Assembly (NCBI GenBank): GCA_963727445.1
Contig: CAVSGI010000017.1
Span: 96,001-160,000, forward strand
Length of the DNA stretch: 64,000 bases
From: an uncultured delta proteobacterium
GTDB lineage: Bacteria; Myxococcota_A; Polyangia; Polyangiales; B10-G4
Reading direction: 5' to 3'
Notes under the pieces: generated by a model
What the model was told of the DNA's origin: nothing
Databases searched by the model: none
Seen by the model: the letters and a program-made list of their open reading frames with translations, nothing else
In this document: positions 32,743-42,343 of the stretch, piece after piece
Position numbering within the stretch: the first letter of the stretch is position 1
Layout of the letters: each line of letters begins with the position of its first letter
Translations under genes and position numbers: made by a program

Positions 32743-33738
32743 ATGCGGAAAAGCACACTATTTCTCGGCCTGCTGGCGCTTTCTCTCACAGGCTGCGACT
32801 GCTCCGAGCACGGTGAGCAGTCGGCCGGAGGTGAAGAAGAGGGCCAGCGGACGATCGCGGTGATCCCCAAGGGGACCACGCACGAGTTCTGGAAGTCGGT
32901 GCACGCGGGGGCGATCAAGGCGGGACGCGAGCTGTCGGTGGAGATCCTGTGGCAGGGCCCGCTCCGCGAAGACGACCGCGCCGATCAGGTGCGGGTGGTC
33001 GAGGACGTGATCGCGCGCGGCGTGGACGGCATCGTGTTGGCGCCGCTCGACGACTCGGCGCTGGTGCCGCCGGCGCGCGAGGCCGCGGCCGAGGGGATCG
33101 GCGTGGTGATCATCGACTCCGATCTCGATTGGGACGGGCGTGTGAGCTTCGTCGCCACGGACAACACGGAGGGCGGCCGCATCGCAGCTCGGCGCCTCGG
33201 GCAGCTCCTCGAGGGCCAGGGCCAGGTGTTGATGATGCGCTACCAGGAGGGATCGGCGAGCACCATGCGCCGCGAGGAAGGCTTCCTCGAGGTGATGGAG
33301 GGCGAGTTCCCGAACATCGAGCTGGTCTCCACCAATCAGTACGGAGGCGCGACCACCGAAACCGCCTACACCAAGGGCGAGAGCCTCCTGGTGAGCTTCC
33401 CCGACGTCGACGGCATCTTCACCCCGAACGAGTCGACGACCTTCGGGATGCTGCGCGCGCTCCGAGACGCGGACCGCGCCGGCACCGTCAAGCTGGTCGG
33501 CTTCGACTCGAGCGAAGCCCTGGCGGCGGCGCTCGAGGCCGGCGACATCCAGGGGCTGGTGCTGCAGCGCCCCTTCCGCATGGGTGAGCTCGGCGTCCAC
33601 GCCGCCGTCGATCATCTCGACGGCAAAGAGGTCGAAGGGCGCATCGACACGGGCGTCACGCTGGTGACGGCGGAGAACATGAACGAGCCGGAGATCCACG
33701 ACCTGCTCGTTCCGGATCTCTCGGAGTGGCTCGACTGA
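32743..33738 (+). CDS. Sugar ABC transporter substrate-binding lipoprotein (RbsB family)
   Basis: Lipobox LTGC; IPKGTTHEFW, VATDN..GG, VGFD, Q.PF.MG. Confidence 0.92.
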   Translation: MRKSTLFLGLLALSLTGCDCSEHGEQSAGGEEEGQRTIAVIPKGTTHEFWKSVHAGAIKAGRELSVEILWQGPLREDDRADQVRVVEDVIARGVDGIVLAPLDDSALVPPAREAAAEGIGVVIIDSDLDWDGRVSFVATDNTEGGRIAARRLGQLLEGQGQVLMMRYQEGSASTMRREEGFLEVMEGEFPNIELVSTNQYGGATTETAYTKGESLLVSFPDVDGIFTPNESTTFGMLRALRDADRAGTVKLVGFDSSEALAAALEAGDIQGLVLQRPFRMGELGVHAAVDHLDGKEVEGRIDTGVTLVTAENMNEPEIHDLLVPDLSEWLD

Positions 33739-33745
33739 GCGAACC

Positions 33746-35239
33746 ATGACCGCGCTCTTGAGCATGCGCGGCGTCCGCAAGCGCTTCGGTGGGGTGCACG
33801 CCCTGTCCGGGGTGGAGCTCGAGGTGGAGGCGGGCGAGGTGCACGCCCTGGTGGGCGAGAACGGCGCGGGCAAGAGCACCCTGATGAAGGTGCTCTCGGG
33901 AGCGCTCCGCCCTGACGCGGGCGAGATGAAGCTCGCGCGTCTCCCCTACGCCCCGATGGGCCCACTCGACGCACGCCGGCATGGCGTCGCGATGATCTAC
34001 CAGGAGCTCAACCTCGCCCCCGACCTGAGCGTCGAGGACAACGTGATGCTGGGACGCGAGCAGCGGCGCCTGGGTCTGGTGCAGCGCGACGCCGCCCGCG
34101 GGCGCATTCAGGAGGCGCTGGCGTTCCTCGGCCACGACGACATCGACGTGACCGCCCGGGTGAAGTCCCTCGGCCCCGCGCGCCGGCAGGTCGTCGAGAT
34201 CGCGCGCGCGCTGGTGGACGACGCACGCGTCGTGGTGATGGACGAGCCCACCAGCTCGCTCGCCCGGCGCGATGTGGAAAAGCTCTTCGAGGTCGTGCGG
34301 CGCCTGCGGGAGAGCGGCGTGGCGATCATCTACATCAGCCACTTCCTCGAAGAGGTCGAGGAGCTGGCAGATCGGTACACGGTGCTCCGCGATGGCGAGA
34401 CCGTCGGCACCGGCGGGGTGCGCGAGGGTGTCGCCCCGGAGCTGGTGGAGCTGATGGTGGGCCGACCGGTCACCGAGATCTTTCCGACCGTCTATCACCG
34501 GCGCGGCAAGGTGGTGCTCGAGCTCGACGCCCTCGCCGGCCGGAGCCGGCCTAGCGAAGCGAGCCTGAGCCTCTACCGGGGCGAGGTCCTGGGCATCGCG
34601 GGCCTCGTGGGCGCCGGGCGAACGGAGCTCTTGCGCGCGATCTTCGGTCTCGACCCGGTGGTGCGCGGCACCGTCACGGTGGCCGGGGTGATGGATCGAG
34701 GCGCGGGCGTCCCGAAGCGGATCGCCCAGGGCGTGGGGATGCTCTCCGAGGATCGGAAGCACGAGGGCCTGGCGACGACGCTCTCCATCGCCGACAACGC
34801 CACCCTGTCGCATCTCTCGCCCTTGGCGCGCTTCGGCGTGCTCGATCTCTCGGAGCGAGACAAGCGGACCGAGGCGTTGATCGCGCGACTCGCCATCAAG
34901 TGTAGCGGCCCACGGCAACCGGTGAGCGATCTCAGCGGCGGCAATCAGCAGAAGGTGGCCTTCGCGCGGCTGCTCCACCAGGACGCGGACGTGATCCTCC
35001 TCGACGAGCCGACGCGCGGCGTCGACGTGGGATCGAAGGTGGAGATGTACCGGCTGATCGGCGAGCTCGCGAAGGAAGACAAGGCGGTGCTCTTCGTCAG
35101 CAGCTACGTACCCGAGCTCCTCGGGGTCTGTGACCGCATCGCGGTCATGCACCGGGGCGTGTTGGGCAAAGCGCGCCCGCGCGGCGCCTGGGACGAGCGT
35201 TCGGTGCTGGACGAAGCGACGCGGGGGGCGAACGCGTGA
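33746..35239 (+). CDS. Sugar ABC transporter ATP-binding protein (two NBDs)
   Basis: GENGAGKST, MDEPTSSL, YISHFLEE, LSGGNQQK, DEPTRGVDVG. Confidence 0.94.
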   Translation: MTALLSMRGVRKRFGGVHALSGVELEVEAGEVHALVGENGAGKSTLMKVLSGALRPDAGEMKLARLPYAPMGPLDARRHGVAMIYQELNLAPDLSVEDNVMLGREQRRLGLVQRDAARGRIQEALAFLGHDDIDVTARVKSLGPARRQVVEIARALVDDARVVVMDEPTSSLARRDVEKLFEVVRRLRESGVAIIYISHFLEEVEELADRYTVLRDGETVGTGGVREGVAPELVELMVGRPVTEIFPTVYHRRGKVVLELDALAGRSRPSEASLSLYRGEVLGIAGLVGAGRTELLRAIFGLDPVVRGTVTVAGVMDRGAGVPKRIAQGVGMLSEDRKHEGLATTLSIADNATLSHLSPLARFGVLDLSERDKRTEALIARLAIKCSGPRQPVSDLSGGNQQKVAFARLLHQDADVILLDEPTRGVDVGSKVEMYRLIGELAKEDKAVLFVSSYVPELLGVCDRIAVMHRGVLGKARPRGAWDERSVLDEATRGANA

Positions 35240-36204
35240 GCGGCGAAGCGAAGCGCTTCGACCTGGGGAAGGTCCTCGGCCTCGTCGGCCCCTTCATCGG
35301 GCTCCTTCTGGTGATGGGTCTCTTCGCCATCCTGACGCCACAGAGCTTTCTGTCGGCCTACAACATGAAGACGATCCTGACCCAGACGGTGATCGTCGCT
35401 CTGGGCGCCATCGGGATGACCTGGGTGATCATCGGCGGCGGGATCGATCTCTCGGTGGGCTCGGTGATCGCCCTGTCGTCGGTGGCCGCCGCGATCTGCC
35501 TGCGGGACGGCTACGGCCCGGGGGTGGCCATCGTGGTGGGCGTGGCGGCTGGCGCCGCCGTAGGCGCGGTGAACGGCGGGCTGATCACCGGGCTCAAGGT
35601 CGTCCCCTTCATCGTGACCCTCGGCACGATGCTCATGGCGCGCGGGGTCGCGAAGTGGCTCGGCGAAGAGCAGAAGGTCGACGTGCCCGAGACCTGGCTC
35701 AACAACGTGATGAGCAAGAACCCGGAGCCCTCCTGGCTCCTGCTCTCGCCCGGCGTGTGGACGGCGATCCTCCTGGCTGCCTCGATGGCCTTCGCGCTCC
35801 GGCGCACCGTCCTCGGCGTCCACACCTTCGCCGTCGGCTCGAACGAGGACACCGCGCGCCTATGCGGCGTGCGCGTGTCGCGCGTGAAGATCGCGCTCTA
35901 CTCGATCGCGGGGCTCTTCGCCGGCCTCGCGGGCGTGATGCAGCTCGGTCGCCTCACCGTCGGCGATCCGACGACCGCCATCGGCCTCGAGCTCGACATC
36001 ATCGCCGCGGTGGTCATCGGCGGCGGCAGCCTCGCCGGTGGACGCGGCAGCATCCTCGGCTCGATGATCGGCGCGGTGCTCATGTCGGTCCTCGCCAACG
36101 GATGCACCCTCACCGGCGTCCCGAACTACGTCCGCGAGATCCTCACCGGCGCCATCATCATCGCCGCGGTCGCCGTCGATCAGCTGCGCCAGCGCAAGAG
36201 CTGA
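35236..36204 (+). CDS. Sugar ABC transporter permease (RbsC family)
   Basis: GGIDLSVGS, PFIVTLG, AVGSNE..ARL.G, ELDIIAAVVIGG.SL.GG.G. Confidence 0.94.
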   Translation: MSGEAKRFDLGKVLGLVGPFIGLLLVMGLFAILTPQSFLSAYNMKTILTQTVIVALGAIGMTWVIIGGGIDLSVGSVIALSSVAAAICLRDGYGPGVAIVVGVAAGAAVGAVNGGLITGLKVVPFIVTLGTMLMARGVAKWLGEEQKVDVPETWLNNVMSKNPEPSWLLLSPGVWTAILLAASMAFALRRTVLGVHTFAVGSNEDTARLCGVRVSRVKIALYSIAGLFAGLAGVMQLGRLTVGDPTTAIGLELDIIAAVVIGGGSLAGGRGSILGSMIGAVLMSVLANGCTLTGVPNYVREILTGAIIIAAVAVDQLRQRKS

Positions 36205-36210
36205 GCGCCC

Positions 36211-36837
36211 TCAGTCGCAGCGCAGCCAGAACGCGCGACGCGTCCGCACCGGATGCATGCGGCTCCAGAGCGATTGCGGCAGGAAGAGGTCCACCTCGCA
36301 GAACTCGCACGAGATGATGCGAGGGCTCTCGGTGGTGACCTTGGCGGGGGCGCCGCAGTTGGTGCAATCGAACATCACCGGCCGCACCGTCTCGTCCGTG
36401 GTCTCTCGGCCCTGTTCAGCCTCCCGAAGGCCGAGGAAGACCTGGATCACCGCCGCTCGGCGAAGGTAGGGCGGCGCGGGCCACGTCGGCAGAAGCACGC
36501 CGCACTTGGGACAGGGGAAGTCCTCGTCCGTGCCGTCCTGGATGGCGTTGGTGACCTTCTTCAGGTGCTGACCGCAGCTCGGACACACCGGACGAATCCC
36601 CGAGGCCGCCGCGAAGCGAAGATGCGGGTACGGCGAATTCAGATCGACGCGCACGACGGGCTCGAAGCGGTTCTTCTGCTCCATCGCCAAACGAACGACG
36701 TGCTTCCAGACGTCACTGATGTCCGTCTTCGTGTGGCAATGGGGGCAGCTCATTTCGGCCCATGGACCATCGACCATCACCGGAAGCCCGCACTCCAAAC
36801 ATTCCAAGCGGATCTTCAACGCAACCCAGCGAGACAC
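36211..36837 (-). CDS. Hypothetical multi-zinc-ribbon protein (start approximate)
   Basis: Six CxxC motifs: CLEC, CPHC, CPSC, CPKC, CTNC, CEFC. Confidence 0.6.
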   Translation of the reverse strand: MSRWVALKIRLECLECGLPVMVDGPWAEMSCPHCHTKTDISDVWKHVVRLAMEQKNRFEPVVRVDLNSPYPHLRFAAASGIRPVCPSCGQHLKKVTNAIQDGTDEDFPCPKCGVLLPTWPAPPYLRRAAVIQVFLGLREAEQGRETTDETVRPVMFDCTNCGAPAKVTTESPRIISCEFCEVDLFLPQSLWSRMHPVRTRRAFWLRCD

Positions 36838-36945
36838 GGTGGGCCACGCTATCAAGCTTCGCCGCGAGAAGCGACCTGGAGCGTGGAACGCGGCCGCGCG
36901 GGGATTTCCGCTCAAGCCGTGGCGATATCGGTCGTTTGTTCGATC

Positions 36946-37767
36946 GTGAATGCAGCACAGCTCGTCAAGAGAGTTCACGAGGTGTGCCCGATGCCGGCGA
37001 CCGCCGCGCGGGTGGTGGGCCTCGCGCGCCGTCCCGACGTTCGCCTCGACCGGCTCGCCGAGGCGGTCGCCGCCGACCCGGGGCTCGCGTCGGAGGTCTT
37101 GCGAATCGCGAATTCTCCGGCGTTCGGCCGAGTGCGAGCCGTGGCGAGCGTCGAAGAAGCCGTGGTCGTTGTCGGGGTCGCGGAGATCCACTCGATGGCG
37201 CTGGCCATGACCATGCTCGCGAGCTTCCGTTCCGATCACGAGCTCTCCACCGACCTGCACGAGGCTTCGGTGGTCACCGGCTGCATCGCGAGCGCGGTCG
37301 CTCGGGGACTGAACGTCGAGCGCCGGCTCGCTTTTCTCTCGGGTCTGCTCGCCGAAATCGGTGCGCTCGCCTGTCTGGCCGTCGATGGCGGGCCATATGG
37401 CGAGCTCTACCGGACCTACGAGGACGACCCGGTGTCCCGCGCCGCGGCAGAAGTGAGACGTTATGGCGCCACGTCCCGCGAGATCGGAGCGCGCCTGCTG
37501 TCCGAAAACGCGCTCCCGGAGGCGATCGTGGAAGCGGTCGGGGCCGTGGACGGGGCCAGCGGGCGCCTCGCGGCGCTGACCGCCTTCGCCCGAAGGGCCA
37601 CGGCGATGCTGCTCGCCCACGCACGAGATGCGGACACCACCGGGCTGTCGAGCGCGCTCGACGCGATCGCCGGTGCGTGCAGCATCGATCTACCCCCTGG
37701 ACAGCTCCTCGATACCTGCCTGGCCGCCGCGCGAACCGCGGGACAGACGATCGCGCTCAATCGGTGA
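36946..37767 (+). CDS. Stand-alone HDOD domain protein
   Basis: PMPATAARV…ADPGLASEVLRIANSPAFG…VEEAVVVVG; AFLSGLLAEIG (HD replaced by AE). Confidence 0.85.
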   Translation: MNAAQLVKRVHEVCPMPATAARVVGLARRPDVRLDRLAEAVAADPGLASEVLRIANSPAFGRVRAVASVEEAVVVVGVAEIHSMALAMTMLASFRSDHELSTDLHEASVVTGCIASAVARGLNVERRLAFLSGLLAEIGALACLAVDGGPYGELYRTYEDDPVSRAAAEVRRYGATSREIGARLLSENALPEAIVEAVGAVDGASGRLAALTAFARRATAMLLAHARDADTTGLSSALDAIAGACSIDLPPGQLLDTCLAAARTAGQTIALNR

Positions 37768-37830
37768 AGCGCGCGCTCGGGCCTCCAGCTCGACGCAACG
37801 CGTCCGATCACCAAGTGAGGGACACGACGC

Positions 37831-38301
37831 TCATCCCAAGGCGAGCTCCATGTACGCGACGTCGTCGTGGGGGTTGTCGTAGTAGGGAGCGATCTCCACG
37901 AAGCCCATCTGGTCGTAGAGCCGGCGCGCAGCCGCCATGGTGCGCAGCGTGTCGAGGCGCATCCGCCGGTAGCCCGCTTCCATCATGAAGGCGACGGTGC
38001 TCGCCGCGAGCAGGCGACCCGCGCCGATCCCGCGGTAGCGCTCGCGCACCCAGAGGCGCTTCATCTCGCAGGTCGCCTCGGGCGCGTTCATGGGCCGCAC
38101 CGCCACGCAGCCCGCGACGTCGATGCCGACGCGGGCGAGCCAGATCCGCCCCTCGGGTGCGGCGTAGCGCCCAGGCAGCGTCGCCAGCTCCTCGTCGAAG
38201 CCCTGAAAGCAGAGATCGATGCCGAGCCATTGCTGGTACTCGCGAAACAGCACGCGAACCATGTCCAGGTCCTTCGGATCGGTCTCGAGCGCAATCTCCA
38301 C
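37831..38301 (-). CDS. GNAT acetyltransferase
   Basis: LCFQGFDEELATLPGRY, CEMKRLWV…RGIGAGR, LDTL…ARRLY. Confidence 0.88.
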   Translation of the reverse strand: MEIALETDPKDLDMVRVLFREYQQWLGIDLCFQGFDEELATLPGRYAAPEGRIWLARVGIDVAGCVAVRPMNAPEATCEMKRLWVRERYRGIGAGRLLAASTVAFMMEAGYRRMRLDTLRTMAAARRLYDQMGFVEIAPYYDNPHDDVAYMELALG

Positions 38302-38316
38302 GCGAGTCTCCTCGTG

Positions 38317-39183
38317 TCAGACGCAGCGCCCGGTCCCGACGTCGCAGGTGAAGCCGGGCTCCAGACACTGGGAGTCGGCGTTGCACCGTGGCGTGCAGCG
38401 CAGGCGATCGGGGAATGTGTCGTCGGGGAGACACGCGTATCCGTCGCGGCAGTCGTCGTCGATCTCGCAGCCGCGGAGGCAGATCGGATCGCGATAGAAG
38501 TCGAAGACGCAGTGGAAGCCCGCAGGGCAACCGGTATCGCCGGCGTCGTCGCAGCGCAGGATCGTGCAGGCACCTCCTGGGTAGCCGCGGTCGCGCTCGC
38601 GAATGCACCAGTTGTCGATCGGACACTGCTCGGGCTCGGTGCAGGGCGCGCCGACGTCGGCGCTCGGGTCGTAGCATCGGCCTTCCCGCATCCCACCATC
38701 GTCGGGATTGCAGGCGAGGCCCGCGGGGCAGTCAGCGTCCACATCACAGCCGGGCGCGCACACCGGGGCCGCAGGCGCGCCCTCGCCGCAACCGAAGCCG
38801 TGTGGACACGGGTCCAGAGCGGTGGGATCGCAGTCGACGAGACAGACGTCGGTCATGAACGCGATCGGCGCACAGTCCGAGCCCGCCGGGCAGGTGCGGG
38901 CCCCCTCGCTGTCGCAGTAGTCCGTACAATGTCCGTCGACGAAGCCGTCGTCGACGATGCAGATCGGTGCCTCCGCCGGGCACTCGGGGTCGGCGCTGCA
39001 GTGCATCCCCACCGCGCTCGAGCTCCCGGCGTCCGCGTCGGTCGCGGCATCGCGGTCGGCAGCGTCCGGAGACGCGTCCGGCGCTTCGTAGGTGATCGCG
39101 GTGTCGGCCACGTCGGGGGTGTCGGCGTCGCAGCCAATGCTCGTAGCGGCGAGCGCGAGCCACAAGAGGACGGATCTCGGCAT
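38317..39183 (-). CDS. Cys-rich lipoprotein
   Basis: Lipobox SIGC; DA-rich linker; repeated C..D.DC/C…G..C modules. Confidence 0.7.
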   Translation of the reverse strand: MPRSVLLWLALAATSIGCDADTPDVADTAITYEAPDASPDAADRDAATDADAGSSSAVGMHCSADPECPAEAPICIVDDGFVDGHCTDYCDSEGARTCPAGSDCAPIAFMTDVCLVDCDPTALDPCPHGFGCGEGAPAAPVCAPGCDVDADCPAGLACNPDDGGMREGRCYDPSADVGAPCTEPEQCPIDNWCIRERDRGYPGGACTILRCDDAGDTGCPAGFHCVFDFYRDPICLRGCEIDDDCRDGYACLPDDTFPDRLRCTPRCNADSQCLEPGFTCDVGTGRCV

Positions 39184-39223
39184 GAGGGAGTCCTCGACGG
39201 TAGCAGAGCCGCGGGACGCCCGC

Positions 39224-40204
39224 TCAGAAGAGCGGCACGCCCAGCATCAACGCCACCAGCGCGGTCGCGATGGCCGAGGCCAGGCCGATGCTGAGGTTGT
39301 CGTCCACGCGGACGCTGACCACCTCGGCGATCGAGCCGGTGACGGCGGCGCCCCCCGCGAGGGCCAGGGCCGTGGCGAAGGGGAGAGTCGGCGCGAAGAT
39401 GAAGGCCGCGGCGAGGCCGGCGAGGGTCGCAGCTGCCACGAAGGCCAGCGCGCCTTCGACGCTGCGGCCGTGAATGATCTTCGTCTTGCCGAAGCGGCGG
39501 CCGATGTAGCCAGCAGCGGGATCGCCGACGCCGAGCACCGCGAGGCCCACGCCCGCCACCAGCGGGGACATGGTCAGGTTGAGCAGGAGGATCGCGGTGA
39601 CGAACCAGGTCGCCGAATTGATCCGCTCGTACTCGTAGGCGTGCGCGATCGGCCCGAAGAACTTCATGACGCGCCGGTTCATCTCGGGGCTTCGGCGGCG
39701 CAGCCCCTCCACCGTCCACGCCCAGGCCACCAGCGGAACGCTGATCAGCAGCGCCCACGCGGGATGGGGCACGGCCCAGAGGATCGCGATGCAGACCGCG
39801 GCGTTCATCGCGTGGAAGAAGGTGCGTAGATGGTTCGTCGGCCGGAGCGTCGGCGCGTTGACCTCGAACTCGCGGAGCTTCTTCGACAGGGACTCGTAGG
39901 CCGGGGTCACGGCGGCGCGGAAGGCCACCCACCGCTGCCCCATCCGGGCCGCGGTGCCTTCGGGATCGGGGAGCTCCTTGGTGAGGCTCTCGCGAAGGTG
40001 CGTCAGGCGGTGGACGATCGTCTCGGTGCGCTCTTCGTTCCAGGGCTCGTCGGCGAGCGCGTCGAGGCGATCACAGATCTGCTGGATCTGCGTGTGCGCC
40101 TCGGCCGCCCTACCCTCCCGCCAGCGAGCTTTCTCGATGGAGGAGAGCGTCCCGTAGAGGTCCATGATGAGCCGACGGCTCTCGTCCACCAGGGCCTGTG
40201 GCAT
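39224..40204 (-). CDS. Polyprenol/diacylglycerol kinase family (CTP_transf_1-like) membrane protein
   Basis: RTFFH, E..RINSATWF, LGVGDPAAGYIGRRFG, RSVEGALAF, VDDNLSI. Confidence 0.8.
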   Translation of the reverse strand: MPQALVDESRRLIMDLYGTLSSIEKARWREGRAAEAHTQIQQICDRLDALADEPWNEERTETIVHRLTHLRESLTKELPDPEGTAARMGQRWVAFRAAVTPAYESLSKKLREFEVNAPTLRPTNHLRTFFHAMNAAVCIAILWAVPHPAWALLISVPLVAWAWTVEGLRRRSPEMNRRVMKFFGPIAHAYEYERINSATWFVTAILLLNLTMSPLVAGVGLAVLGVGDPAAGYIGRRFGKTKIIHGRSVEGALAFVAAATLAGLAAAFIFAPTLPFATALALAGGAAVTGSIAEVVSVRVDDNLSIGLASAIATALVALMLGVPLF

Positions 40205-40293
40205 GGCGAAAAAGATGATACCAGATAGTTGCGCACGCTAGAGCGCAAGCTCACGCCTGGCCGTTTCGTGACAGAGACGAAAAACCAGCGTGA

Positions 40294-40986
40294 TCACGCG
40301 CAAAAAAACGTGCCAAGTCCCGTGCTGACGAAGTCGCACTTGCCGTCGCTCCCACAGGTCGCCGCCGACGGGCTCGAAGCGCCCGCGGTGGTCGCTGCAG
40401 AGACGCACTCGGCGGTCGTCGTGCACGAGAGCGAGCAGACCGTGCCTCCGCAGAGTGAGTCGTAATCGGCGAAGTCCCAGCACACACCCTCCGCGCATTG
40501 GGCGTCGCTGGTGCATCCCGCCGCGCCGGTGGCGAGGGACGCGTCGGCGGTCGCGTCGCTCGCGTCGCTCGCACCGTCACTGGTGCCGTCGGGCAGCGCG
40601 TCGACGGTGGCGTCGGTGCCCATGTCCTCGGCGTCCATGGTCGCGTCGGTGGCGCCGTCGGACGTCGCGTCCATCATCCCGTCCGCGGCGGCGTCCATCG
40701 CGCCGTCCGCGGCGCCGTCCGTCATGGCATCCATGGACGCGTCAGGCATCGTCGAATCGGGTCGCGCGCTGTCCATGGCGGCGTCGCCCATGCAATAGGG
40801 GCGGCACACCGCATCGGTGCAGGCCGTGCCGGGATCGACCAAGACGTCAGTGCCGCAGCAGTTGCAGGTGCCGGCGTCTCGGCTCGCGTCGGGTCCCGTG
40901 TCGGTGGTCGTATCGTCTGCGCAAGCGCCGGCGAACGTCGAGCCGATCAGAACGAAGAGCGTCGTCGTGAGGTGTCGTCGTGGCAT
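40294..40986 (-). CDS. Lipoprotein with Asp/Ala/Met low-complexity linker and Cys-rich ends
   Basis: Lipobox AGAC; DAxM/DGA repeats. Confidence 0.65.
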   Translation of the reverse strand: MPRRHLTTTLFVLIGSTFAGACADDTTTDTGPDASRDAGTCNCCGTDVLVDPGTACTDAVCRPYCMGDAAMDSARPDSTMPDASMDAMTDGAADGAMDAAADGMMDATSDGATDATMDAEDMGTDATVDALPDGTSDGASDASDATADASLATGAAGCTSDAQCAEGVCWDFADYDSLCGGTVCSLSCTTTAECVSAATTAGASSPSAATCGSDGKCDFVSTGLGTFFCA

Positions 40987-41033
40987 TCGGTCATCCTAAC
41001 AGCATCGTCCGCGCCGTCACGGCCGCGCATGCG

Positions 41034-41654
41034 TCAGCGCGAGACGAGCTCTTTGACCACGGCGAAGTCGGTGTCGGAGACGCCGCCGGTGCGGGCGCAG
41101 ACGACGTTGCCGCCGGGCGCGACGAAGATGTGGATCGGCAACGTCGCTCCCTCGTCGAGCCCGATGCTCTCGACCCAGGCGGGCAGCGTCGCGGGATCGG
41201 CGATGCGCGGGCCCGCTGGCGTGTCCCGGTGCGCGTCTCGAAACGCGGTCACCGCTTCGTCGTCGCGATCGGCTGAGAGGAAGACCAGGTCGACCGGCGC
41301 CCCCTCCGCCGCGAGCTCCTCGCGAAAGCGGACGAGGCGCGGGATCTCCTCGATGCAGGGCGCGCACCAGGTCGCCCACACGTTGACCCAGCGAAAGCCG
41401 CTCGTCGCCGCCGGCGCGTCGCCGGCGAGCGCGGGAAACGTCATCTGGGGGCTGTCGTCGCCGCCCGTGACGTCGCAGAACTCCTCGACGTCCGGGCCCG
41501 CGTTCGGGTCGGCCTCGACCGCGATCACCCGACTCGGCGGCGGCGCCCCGTCGCCGTCGTCCCCACAGCCACCGAGCACCACCACCAGAACCGCGAGCCC
41601 GACCCTCGAGCGAAAGCGAGGCGGCGCCGAGCGAAGCGGGTCGATGTCGATCAG
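41034..41654 (-). CDS. TlpA-family thioredoxin-like lipoprotein (start approximate)
   Basis: LGGC lipobox; WVNVWATWCAPCIEEIP; TLP cis-Pro loop. Confidence 0.85.
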   Translation of the reverse strand: MIDIDPLRSAPPRFRSRVGLAVLVVVLGGCGDDGDGAPPPSRVIAVEADPNAGPDVEEFCDVTGGDDSPQMTFPALAGDAPAATSGFRWVNVWATWCAPCIEEIPRLVRFREELAAEGAPVDLVFLSADRDDEAVTAFRDAHRDTPAGPRIADPATLPAWVESIGLDEGATLPIHIFVAPGGNVVCARTGGVSDTDFAVVKELVSR

Positions 41655-42343
41655 AGCGTGCAGTCGATCCACGTGACGAATGCGCTCCGGTTGAGGTCCT
41701 CGGGCTCGCAGGACTCCGCCTCGCCGCTGCGGTTCCACTCGCAGAAGCTCGGGTCCAGCTGGGCGTACTCCTCGCCGAGCCAGAGCAGCCCCACCTCGCG
41801 TTCGAGCTCCGGCGTCGGGAAGTTCGTCGCCAGGTGCTCGAGCACCGCTTCCGCGCGGCCGCGGGAAAGCTCGCTGTTGAACTCCGCCGAGCCGTCCGGC
41901 GAAGCGCGGGCGACCACCAGGAAGTAGCTCGCGCCGCCGCGATCGGCGAAGACGCTGTCGATGAGCTGCTTGTCGGTCTCGTCGAGATCGATGCCGGCGC
42001 GGTCATACTGAACGATGCCGCCCCGATCCCGCATCGGAACGAAGAGCGCGTTGAAGTCCGCGTCGTCCATGGTGGCCACGTTGCGCGCCTCGAGAGGCTG
42101 ACAGCCGCGGCCGCCCTCCCCGCCGATCAGGCCGCAGCTCGAGAGCACGCGCCTGAGGATCTGCTTGAGCTGCGGGGTGCAGTACGCCTCGTTCGCTTGC
42201 GCCGCGATGGCCACCGCCGGCTGCTCGTCGGCGCTGGCTTCGGCGGCCTTCAGCCGTGCCTCCGCCGAGCCCTCCCAGCTCATCACCAGAGCGGCAGGCA
42301 AGAGCAGAAAGACGACGCCCAGACCATAAGCGAGATACTTCAC
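41651..42343 (-). CDS. Membrane-anchored Cys-containing protein with OmpA-like C-terminal domain
   Basis: ASPDGSAEFNSELSRGRAEAV…NR; N-terminal TM; GTGA overlap with the VKOR gene. Confidence 0.7.
   Translation of the reverse strand: MKYLAYGLGVVFLLLPAALVMSWEGSAEARLKAAEASADEQPAVAIAAQANEAYCTPQLKQILRRVLSSCGLIGGEGGRGCQPLEARNVATMDDADFNALFVPMRDRGGIVQYDRAGIDLDETDKQLIDSVFADRGGASYFLVVARASPDGSAEFNSELSRGRAEAVLEHLATNFPTPELEREVGLLWLGEEYAQLDPSFCEWNRSGEAESCEPEDLNRSAFVTWIDCTL

Noticed and set aside
40299..40316. Sigma54-like TGGCACG…TTGC on the minus strand
   Set aside because: Spacing is GG-N11-GC and it lies inside the end of a coding sequence
40540..40790. Short imperfect DNA repeats
   Set aside because: They simply encode the Asp-Ala-Met/Gly low-complexity linker of a lipoprotein
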